From contig CAWFFN010000005.1 in the NCBI GenBank assembly GCA_963815115.1, positions 1,024,001 to 1,088,000 on the forward strand: DNA of 64,000 bases, in the 5' to 3' direction. The position numbers and the translations under genes were made by a program. Position 1 is the first letter of the stretch, and the number at the start of each line of letters is the position of its first letter. The notes under the pieces were generated by a model. The model had not been told where the DNA came from, ran no database searches, and saw only the letters and a list, made by a program, of their open reading frames with translations. Positions 55,529 to 64,000 of the stretch are shown here, piece by piece. This stretch comes from an uncultured delta proteobacterium (GTDB taxonomy: Bacteria > Desulfobacterota > Binatia > DP-6).

Positions 55529-57250
55529 ATGTCGAGCGCATCCCTCAAGATGAGCGCCGATGCCGCGAGCGCGGCTCCGACCGAGCGCAAGACGCTCGAC
55601 GAGGACGTCGCACTCGTCAAGGACAAGGCGCGCGAATTCGCCCGCCTCGCACCGGCGGCCAAGGCGTCGCTGCTGCGCGAGTGCATCCCGCGGCTCATGG
55701 CCGAGGCGCCCGGCTGGGTCGCCACGGGCGCGGCGGCGCGCGGCTCCGCGCCGTCGGAGGAATGGCTCGCCGGGCCCTCCGCGACGGTGCGTCTCTTCCG
55801 GCTGCTGGCCGAGAGCCTCGACGCGATCGCGGCCTCGGGTCGTCCGCCGCTGGGCCGCGGCGCGCGCACCCGCCCGGACGGCCGCACCGAGATCGCACTC
55901 TTTCCGTCGAGCACGCTCGATCGCGTCACGTTCATGGGCTTCACGGGCCACACGCTCATGGATCCAGGCGTCACGCCGGAGCGTGCGCGCGAGCGCCAGG
56001 CCGCGTTCTACCAGCGGCGCGACCCGGAAGGCGGGCTGTCCGTCATCCTGGGCGCGGGCAACGTGGCGAGCATTCCGCCCATGGACGTCGCGAGCAAGAT
56101 GTTCGTCGACGGCATGGTGTGCGTGCTCAAGATGAACCCGGTGAACGAGTGGGTCGGTCCGTTCCTCGAGCGCGCGCTCGAGCCGCTGGTCACGCGCGGC
56201 TACCTCCGCGTCGTCTACGGCGGCGCCGAGGTCGGATCGGCGCTGGCCTACCATCCCCTCGCCGATGACGTGCACATCACGGGCTCGGATCGCACGCACG
56301 ACCTGATCGTGTGGGGACCGCCGGGAACGGAGCGCGACCGGCGCATCGCCGCGCGCGACCCGCTGCTGCGCATCCCGATCACCTCGGAGCTGGGCAACGT
56401 GAGCCCGGTCGCGATCCTGCCCCATGGCTACAGCGACCAGGAGCTCGCCTTCCAGGCGAGCAACGTCGTCTCCATGGTGTGCAACAACGCCTCCTTCAAC
56501 TGCAACGCGGCGAAGATGCTGATCACGGCGAAGGGCTGGCCGCAGCGCAGCCGGTTCCTCGACCTGGTGGCGCAGGGGCTCGCCGCGGTGCCGACGCGCA
56601 AGGCGTACTATCCGGGCGCCTTCGACCGCTACCGGACGCTGCTCTCCGGTCACCCCGAGGCGCAGCGCTTCGGGCGTGCCAGCGACACGATGCTGGCGTG
56701 GGCGCTGGTTCCCGGGCTCGACGCCGGCGACGAGCGCGAGCCGCTGTTTCGCACCGAGCCGTTCTGCGGGATGCTGAGCGAGACGAGCGTCGGTTCGACC
56801 GATCCGGTCGAGTTCCTCGCCGAGTCGACGCGCTTCATGAACGACCGGCTGTGGGGCACGCTGAACGCCATGCTGGTGGTCCCTCCGAAGCTCGAGCGCG
56901 ATCCGAGCGTCGCCGCCGCGCTCGATCGCGCGATCGTCGACCTGCGCTACGGCACCGTCGCCGTGAATCACTGGCCGGCGCTCGGCTATGCCTTCGGCAC
57001 GCTGCCGTGGGGCGGCCACCAGAGCGCGACGCTGGAGAACATCGAGAGCGGCCTCGGCTGGGTACACAACAGCTCCATGCTCGACGGCATCGACAAGGCC
57101 GTGGTGCGGGGGCCGCTGGTCGTGAAGCCGATGCCGCTCTGGTTCGCCGGCAATCCGAAGGCCGACCGGGTCGCACCGCTGGTGGCCGACCTCGAGGCGT
57201 CGCCGAGCTGGCTCAAGATCCCGGGCATCCTGGCGCGGGTGCTGCTCTAG
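55529..57250 (+). CDS. Aldehyde dehydrogenase family protein
   Basis: LGAGN, LKMNPVN, HITGS, TSELGN (Glu), FNCN (Cys), EPF. Confidence 0.9.
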   Translation: MSSASLKMSADAASAAPTERKTLDEDVALVKDKAREFARLAPAAKASLLRECIPRLMAEAPGWVATGAAARGSAPSEEWLAGPSATVRLFRLLAESLDAIAASGRPPLGRGARTRPDGRTEIALFPSSTLDRVTFMGFTGHTLMDPGVTPERARERQAAFYQRRDPEGGLSVILGAGNVASIPPMDVASKMFVDGMVCVLKMNPVNEWVGPFLERALEPLVTRGYLRVVYGGAEVGSALAYHPLADDVHITGSDRTHDLIVWGPPGTERDRRIAARDPLLRIPITSELGNVSPVAILPHGYSDQELAFQASNVVSMVCNNASFNCNAAKMLITAKGWPQRSRFLDLVAQGLAAVPTRKAYYPGAFDRYRTLLSGHPEAQRFGRASDTMLAWALVPGLDAGDEREPLFRTEPFCGMLSETSVGSTDPVEFLAESTRFMNDRLWGTLNAMLVVPPKLERDPSVAAALDRAIVDLRYGTVAVNHWPALGYAFGTLPWGGHQSATLENIESGLGWVHNSSMLDGIDKAVVRGPLVVKPMPLWFAGNPKADRVAPLVADLEASPSWLKIPGILARVLL

Positions 57251-57281
57251 CGCGGCGCCGGAGCCGGCGGGAGCCGGCGAC

Positions 57282-57773
57282 GTGGTCACGATCGTCGTCG
57301 TGATGGGGGTGACGGGGTCGGGGAAGACGACCGTCGGGCGACTGCTCGCGGCCGATCTCGGGTGGACGTTCGTCGAGGGCGACGACTTCCACCCGCCGGC
57401 GAACGTCGCGAAGATGCGTCGCGGCGAGCCGCTCGACGACGACGACCGCGCCCCGTGGCTGGAGGCACTCCGGCATCGCATCGACGAGCTGGTCGCGGGT
57501 GGAGAGTCGGCAGTCGTCGCCTGCTCGGCGCTGAAGCAGGCCTACCGGGCGGTGCTGGCCGACGACCGGCCCGAGGTCACGTTCGTCTACCTGAAGGCGC
57601 CCCGCGGGCTGATCGACGAGCGGCTCCGCCACCGCGTCGGGCACTTCATGCCGCCGGCGCTGCTCGCGAGCCAGCTCGACACGCTGGAGGAGCCCGTGGG
57701 CAGCCTGATCGTCGACGCCGCGCCGCCGCCGGCGGCGGTCGTCGCCGCGATCCGGTGCGGCCTCGGCCGCTAG
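57282..57773 (+). CDS. gntK: Gluconokinase
   Basis: MGVTGSGKTT, EGDDFHPPANVAKM, PLDDDDR.PWL, CSALK, HFMP..LLASQL.TLEEP. Confidence 0.92.
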   Translation: MVTIVVVMGVTGSGKTTVGRLLAADLGWTFVEGDDFHPPANVAKMRRGEPLDDDDRAPWLEALRHRIDELVAGGESAVVACSALKQAYRAVLADDRPEVTFVYLKAPRGLIDERLRHRVGHFMPPALLASQLDTLEEPVGSLIVDAAPPPAAVVAAIRCGLGR

Positions 57774-58555
57774 GGCTGCGGCTCTCGGCCCCGGTGAGCG
57801 GTCTCGGGACGGACGACGCCCTGGCGGCGCATCTCCGTCAGGCAGAGCACCTTCCCGGTGAGCAACAGGTCCTGGCGCACGAGCCAGAGGACGGCGTCCG
57901 TCATGATGGCCGCGTCCTCGAAGCCCGACGTGTCGTAGCTCGCGGGCAGCGTCGCCTCGAAGCCCTCGCTCCAGATCGGGATGTCGATGCGGATGCAGTT
58001 GACGGCGAGCCGTCCTGCAAGCTCGTGGCCCAGCGCCTCGGTGAGGCCCTCGAGCGCCAGCTTCGTCGCGGTGTAGCTCGGCCGGCCGAAGGAGGGCATC
58101 ACCGCCGCGCCCGAGGACACGTTGATCACGCGGCCAGCGGTCCCCTGCTCGACCATGCGCCGGCCGAAGTGCCAGGTGAGGTAGAAGGGGCCGTTCACGT
58201 TGACGTCTACGGCCAGACGCCAGCGGCGGATGGAGTCCTCCAGTGCCGGCCGCGGCGGGGCGATCGCCGCGTTGTTGATCAGGAGATCGCAGCGCCCCCA
58301 CTCCCGGTACACGCGCTCGGCGAGGGCGCCGACCGCGCCCTCGTCCTGGACGTCGAGCGAGACCGGCATCGCCCGCCGTCCCTCGCGCTCCACGGCCGCC
58401 GCGGTGTCGTCGACCGTTCCGGGCAGCTTGCTCGGCGTGTCCCGGCTGGAGCGCGCCGCGCACACGACGTCCCAGCCGGCGCGCGCGAGATCGACGGCGA
58501 GCCGCTTGCCGATGCCCCGGCTGGCGCCGGTGACGACCGCGACGGACGTGGCCAT
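57770..58555 (-). CDS. SDR family oxidoreductase
   Basis: VVTGASRGIG, LINNAA, NVSS, YTATK. Confidence 0.92.
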   Translation of the reverse strand: MATSVAVVTGASRGIGKRLAVDLARAGWDVVCAARSSRDTPSKLPGTVDDTAAAVEREGRRAMPVSLDVQDEGAVGALAERVYREWGRCDLLINNAAIAPPRPALEDSIRRWRLAVDVNVNGPFYLTWHFGRRMVEQGTAGRVINVSSGAAVMPSFGRPSYTATKLALEGLTEALGHELAGRLAVNCIRIDIPIWSEGFEATLPASYDTSGFEDAAIMTDAVLWLVRQDLLLTGKVLCLTEMRRQGVVRPETAHRGREPQP

Positions 58556-58557
58556 GG

Positions 58558-59757
<1,200 letters not shown>

Positions 59758-59892
59758 TGGGTCCTCCTTTCGGGACCGCAGACATCCCCCGGAGGCCCGG
59801 CTGTGCGCAAGTCCCGGGCGGGAACGTCCCGGCTGCGAGAGAGCGGGCACCGGGGAAGCCCCGCTGCTGGCCATCCGTCGCCGCCGTGTCCG

Positions 59893-60051
59893 TCACCGCG
59901 ACCTCCGGACACCACCGAGCAGGATCACGAGCGTGGTCACGACGAGCAGCCCGAAGAGCAGGGCACCCATGACGGTCGTCGTGTCGCCCACCGCCGCGCC
60001 GAGCAGGGGAATCCGATCGTCGGCCATGCCACCGAGGGGCGTGAGCATCAT
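59893..60051 (-). CDS. Small single-pass membrane protein (52 aa)
   Basis: GGAGGT RBS; TM segment VMGALLFGLLVVTTLVILLGG followed by basic VRRSR. Confidence 0.55.
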   Translation of the reverse strand: MMLTPLGGMADDRIPLLGAAVGDTTTVMGALLFGLLVVTTLVILLGGVRRSR

Positions 60052-60231
60052 CGCCGCACCTCCCGTCGCCGCCGACGATAGGAAGCAGGGCGGGCCACCC
60101 ACAATCGCCCGGCGGTGTCATTTCTCGGGGCGCGGACGGGCCGGTACGATCGGGTGGTTCGTCTGGTACGGCCGTACTATTGGTGGCGACGCCGGATCGG
60201 ATCGATACTGACCTCGGGGGACGGCTTCGTC

Positions 60232-60900
60232 GTGCGTGATGCCATCAAGGTTCTCATCGTCGATGACCATCCCGTGTTCCGTGACGGTCTCCGGCAATGT
60301 CTCGAGGCCCGCAAGACGGTGCGTGTCCTCGCCACCGCGGGCAGCGGCGACGAGCTGTGGAAGGCGCTCCGGGCTCACGGGCGCCCGCAGATCGTCTTGA
60401 TGGACGTCGAGATGCCGGGGGAGGGGGGAATCGAGCTCACCCGGGTGCTGCGCGAGAAGCATCCCGAGATCCGTGTCGTCATGCTGACCGCCTACTCGGA
60501 CTCCGAGCGCGTCTTCGCGGCGCTCAAGGCGGGCGCCGTCGGCTACCTGCTGAAGAACGTGTCGCCGGACGAGATCCGCGCCACGGTGGAGCGCGCCGCC
60601 GCCGGCGAGCCGATGCTGTCGGGAGAGATCGCGGGGCGCGTGCTGCGCGAGTTCGAGCGCGAGCGGGCGGAGGAGCGCTTTCGCGAGCAGCTCGACGCCC
60701 TGACCGCACGCGAGGAGGAGATCTTGAAGCTGCTCGCGACCGGGGAATCGAACCGCGAGATCGGGAAGCGCCTCTTCATCAGCGAGCAGACGGTCAAGAA
60801 CCACGTCGCGAGCATCTTCCGGAAGCTGCAGGTGAACGATCGCACCAAGGCCGCGCTGCTGGCAGTGAAGCTGGGGCTCGGCGACAAGCAACGCCCGTGA
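60232..60900 (+). CDS. NarL/LuxR family response regulator
   Basis: VLIVDDHP, LMD, MLT, GYLLK, LTAREEEIL...ISEQTVKNHV. Confidence 0.95.
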   Translation: MRDAIKVLIVDDHPVFRDGLRQCLEARKTVRVLATAGSGDELWKALRAHGRPQIVLMDVEMPGEGGIELTRVLREKHPEIRVVMLTAYSDSERVFAALKAGAVGYLLKNVSPDEIRATVERAAAGEPMLSGEIAGRVLREFERERAEERFREQLDALTAREEEILKLLATGESNREIGKRLFISEQTVKNHVASIFRKLQVNDRTKAALLAVKLGLGDKQRP

Positions 60901-62402
60901 GCGAGACGCTGCGTGCCGCCCTGCGCGGTCTCACGATCGCCGCCGGCGCCGTCGTGGCGCTGCTCAGCATCCTCGCTTTCCGGCTCGCCGACTGGCCGAT
61001 CTACGTCGCTTACGTGCTGCTCTCGCTCGTGCTCTTCCGGCCCTACGTCGAGATGCTCGAGGATCTGATCCTGCCCATGCCCGGCCTCGCGCTGACGATC
61101 GGCTTCCTCTACCTGGGTGGGCTGCCCGTCATCACTCTGCGCCTCGTCGAGTCGCTGGTGATCGACGCGCTGCGCTGGCTGCTCCCGGCTCGCTGGGGGG
61201 CCCGCGTGCCGGCGTCGGTCGGTGGTGCCGTCGGGCTCGCCGCAGTGCCGTGGCGGATACTGCAGTCGCGCGAGCGGGCCGCGGTGGCGGCGGAGTGGGG
61301 CGTGTTCGGCGTCGGTCTGGCGGTGCGCTGGTGGGTGGTGCGGTGGATCGTGCCGGGAGGCGACGTCACACAGCATCCCGGCGCGATCGCCGTCGCGGAG
61401 ATCGCCGGCTATGCCGTCTGGGGCGTATTCGCGCTCCTGCCGATCTTCACCTATCGCCCCTTCCTGCCGCCCATCGCATCGCGGCGGGTCTTCCGGCCGG
61501 TGGCGCAGGACCTCGGACTCGTCTTCGTCCTCGCCCTGACGCCGTTCGTGTTCCTCATCGTCTATGGCTACGCCACCCACGGGCTCACCGGTGCGGTCGT
61601 CTGGTCGCTCTCCTCGCTCGGACTGCACTTCACGCTGAAGCGCCTGACGGAGCGCCGCCTGGCCGTCGAGGAGCAGAACCGCCAGCTCACGGCGCTCGAT
61701 CGCGAGCTGGAGCATCGCGAGCGGCTGGCGGCGATCGGCAAGATGTCGTCGGTGATCTCACATCAGATGCTCCAGCAGCTCGGTGTCATCGGCCTCTACG
61801 CCGATCTGATCCGGCAGGCGGAGCCCGGGGAGGACGCCGGCACGGCGATCGACCGAGCGAAGGCAAACGCCGCCGCCATCGAGGACGCGCTCGGCAGCGT
61901 CAATCGCGTCCTGCGAGACCTCCTCGTGTTCAGCCGCGACCTGCGTCTGAACCTCTACGACCACCGCCTCGGCGATCTCCTCGCGGAGTGCGTCGAGGAC
62001 TGCCGGTCGCAGGCGACCGAGCGCGACGTCACGCTGCGTCTCGAGTGTCCCTCCGAGGCGACGGCGCGGCTCGACAAGCTCAAGATTCGCCAGGCGGTGG
62101 TGAACGTGCTGCGCAACGCCATCGAGGCCTCGTCGCGCGGCGGCGAGGTGGCGGTTCACGCTCATCTCGACGACGGGATCGCCGAGATCGTGGTGTCGGA
62201 TCGGGGCCCGGGTATACCCGAGGCCGATCGAGACGCCGTCTTTGCTCCGTTCTTCACCACCAAGGAGCTGGGATCTGGCCTCGGGCTCGCGATCGCGCGC
62301 GAGTTCGCCGGGGCGCATGGTGGCGACCTGCGTGCGGAGTCGAGGGAAGGTGGCGGCGTCACGGTCGTTCTCCGCCTGCCGCGCGCGGGCCCCGGTGCGT
62401 AG
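60897..62402 (+). CDS. Membrane sensor histidine kinase
   Basis: Multi-TM N-terminus; ERLAAIGKMSSVISHQ, NVLRNAIEA, DRGPGI, FFTTK, GSGLGL; GTGA overlap with the regulator. Confidence 0.92.
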   Translation: MSETLRAALRGLTIAAGAVVALLSILAFRLADWPIYVAYVLLSLVLFRPYVEMLEDLILPMPGLALTIGFLYLGGLPVITLRLVESLVIDALRWLLPARWGARVPASVGGAVGLAAVPWRILQSRERAAVAAEWGVFGVGLAVRWWVVRWIVPGGDVTQHPGAIAVAEIAGYAVWGVFALLPIFTYRPFLPPIASRRVFRPVAQDLGLVFVLALTPFVFLIVYGYATHGLTGAVVWSLSSLGLHFTLKRLTERRLAVEEQNRQLTALDRELEHRERLAAIGKMSSVISHQMLQQLGVIGLYADLIRQAEPGEDAGTAIDRAKANAAAIEDALGSVNRVLRDLLVFSRDLRLNLYDHRLGDLLAECVEDCRSQATERDVTLRLECPSEATARLDKLKIRQAVVNVLRNAIEASSRGGEVAVHAHLDDGIAEIVVSDRGPGIPEADRDAVFAPFFTTKELGSGLGLAIAREFAGAHGGDLRAESREGGGVTVVLRLPRAGPGA

Positions 62403-62460
62403 AGCCGAGTGACTCCGTCCGGTGCTTGCACCAGGTCCGCTCCGCCGGCAGGAGCGAGGC

Positions 62461-62901
62461 ATGAGCTACGCGATGACGCGGACCGAGCGCGAGGGGTTCC
62501 TGGCCGAGACCCGGGTCGGCATGCTCGGTGTCGACGAGCCCGGACGTGGTCCCCTCACCGTCCCGGTCTGGTACCACTACGAGCCGGGCGGGCTCGTGCG
62601 CGTGGTCACCGGTGCGGCGTCGCTGAAGGGCCGGCTGCTGCGGCTGGCCGGACGGATGAGCCTGTGCGCGCAGACCGAGACGGCGCCGTATCGCTACGTG
62701 AGCGTCGAGGGACCCGTCACCCTGGCGACGCCCGACCTCGAGCGCGACGTCCGTGCCATGGCGATCCGCTACCTCGGGCCGGAGATGGGCGAGATGTATC
62801 TTGCCATGACCGCCGAGGAGCGAGCTCGCGAGGCCAGCGTCCTCGTGGAGATGCGCCCCGAGCGCTGGCGCTCGGTCGACTACGGCAAGATGGTCGGCTG
62901 A
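62461..62901 (+). CDS. Pyridoxamine 5'-phosphate oxidase-like (split-barrel flavin/F420-binding) protein
   Basis: EREGFLAE, GPLTVPVWY.Y, SLCAQTE..PYRYVSVEG, PERWRSVDY. Confidence 0.88.
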   Translation: MSYAMTRTEREGFLAETRVGMLGVDEPGRGPLTVPVWYHYEPGGLVRVVTGAASLKGRLLRLAGRMSLCAQTETAPYRYVSVEGPVTLATPDLERDVRAMAIRYLGPEMGEMYLAMTAEERAREASVLVEMRPERWRSVDYGKMVG

Positions 62902-62993
62902 GCAGCGCGGGCTGCGTCAACCGACCGAGCCCTGCCGCCGTTTGACAGGGCGATGGGGCAGACGACCGCCAGCGCGCTCCCGGGGGCAGAGCG

Positions 62994-63545
62994 GTGGCGG
63001 CGGCCCTGAGCATGGCGCACCCTGCGTCCGTGCACCCCGGCGGGCCGGAGTACGACGACCTCTACCGCGCCCACCACGCCCGCGTGCTGCGCCTGTGCCG
63101 CCTCCTGCTCGGCGACCCCGACGAGGCGGAGGACGTTTCGCAGGAGGTCTTCGTGCGGCTCTTCCGTGCCTGCCAGACCCCGCGCCCGGACATGGCCTGG
63201 GGGCCCTGGCTGACGCGCGTCGCGGTGCATGCCTGCCGCGATCGCCGCCGCTCGCGCTGGTGGCGGCGCTGGTGGATGGCGGCCGACGAGCTCGACGAAG
63301 GGAGCGTCGCCGCGCCGGGGCGGACGCCCGAGGGCGAGGTGCTCGGTGCCGAGCAGCGGCGGCGGATCTGGGGGGCGTTCGACCGGCTCGCCACCCGGCA
63401 GCGCGAGGTGTTCGTGCTGCGCCACGTCGAGGGCTGGTCGACGCAGGACGTCGCCGACGCGCTCGGGCTCGAGACCGGCAGCGTCAAGCGGCATCTGTTC
63501 CGCGCCGTCCGGCATCTGCGGGCGGCGCTCTCGGAGGGATCATGA
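62994..63545 (+). CDS. ECF-type RNA polymerase sigma factor
   Basis: DEAEDVSQEVF, WLTRVAVH.CRD, RQREVFVLRHVEG, GSVKRHLFRA; start may be ATG 63012. Confidence 0.92.
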   Translation: MAAALSMAHPASVHPGGPEYDDLYRAHHARVLRLCRLLLGDPDEAEDVSQEVFVRLFRACQTPRPDMAWGPWLTRVAVHACRDRRRSRWWRRWWMAADELDEGSVAAPGRTPEGEVLGAEQRRRIWGAFDRLATRQREVFVLRHVEGWSTQDVADALGLETGSVKRHLFRAVRHLRAALSEGS

Positions 63546-64000
63546 GTCGCCATCTCGGGGAACGCGCCCTGCTGCGAGCGCTCGAGGGGGAGAGTCGCCC
63601 CCAGGAGCGCGAGCATCTCGCATCGTGCGCCACGTGCGCCGGGCGCCGCGGGGAGCTCGCGCGCGAGGTTCGACTGCTCGGCGGCGTGCTGCGTGACGGC
63701 CCGCTGCCAGCGGTGCCGGCGAAGCCCGCGGCGAATGACCGGCCCGCAGCCGTCGGCCGCTGGGTGCCGGCGATGCTGGGCGCCGGCACGGCGGTCGCGC
63801 TGCTCGGCTGGACGCTGCTCGGCCGTCCGCCGGTGCCGGCGGAGGTCGCCGATGCCGAGCCTCTGTCGCTCGACCACGTCACCGCGGCGCTCTTCGCGAC
63901 CGACGAGGTCGAGGCGGTCGCCAAGCCGGTGCGGCGCTCGGACTTCCTCGCGGTGCAGGCCGCGCTGCGAGGGGAGTGGCCGTGCGCGTACCCCGATCCG
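63542..64000 (+). CDS. Putative zinc-binding anti-sigma factor, runs off the window end
   Basis: Read manually: MSRHLGE...EHLASCATC (HxxxCxxC), then TM AMLGAGTAVALLGWTLLG; ATGA overlap with the sigma gene. Confidence 0.8.
   Translation, partial: MSRHLGERALLRALEGESRPQEREHLASCATCAGRRGELAREVRLLGGVLRDGPLPAVPAKPAANDRPAAVGRWVPAMLGAGTAVALLGWTLLGRPPVPAEVADAEPLSLDHVTAALFATDEVEAVAKPVRRSDFLAVQAALRGEWPCAYPDP

Overview
High-GC bacterial chromosomal window with about 55 genes. The style of the secreted proteins (Thr-rich linkers, Cys/Lys-rich modules) suggests a deltaproteobacterium-like lineage such as Ca. Binatia; this is inference only. No rRNA, tRNA, CRISPR array or intact mobile element was seen. The left arm (1-15.3 kb) carries gloA, an esterase, a secreted GH1, a TetR/AurF-like diiron oxygenase/B12-radical-SAM trio next to an ArsR-methyltransferase (SahR/SamR-like) regulator and metH, then YihY, a J-domain-like protein, DoxX and comM. 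From about 15.5 to 29 kb is an accessory, partly decayed region: a foreign-looking amine oxidase, several orphan secreted proteins, and remnants of a porin, an IS3 integrase, an MddA-like methyltransferase and a thiolase. The best candidate for an undescribed system is at 26.9-34.1 kb: two translationally coupled, membrane-anchored sigma54 activators that both carry the same double change in the AAA+ glutamate switch (Asn->Ala, Walker B Glu->Asp), divergent from a secreted YWTD beta-propeller protein. A cytochrome P450 with a CYP7/8/39-like I-helix follows. The right arm is mixed metabolism and regulation (glycosyltransferases, sthA, protease, Eis-like GNAT, ALDH, gluconokinase, acyl-CoA dehydrogenase, two-component pair, ECF sigma/anti-sigma). 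Three otherwise intact genes have single frameshifts, which may be sequencing errors. All family calls come from motif recognition by eye, not database searches.
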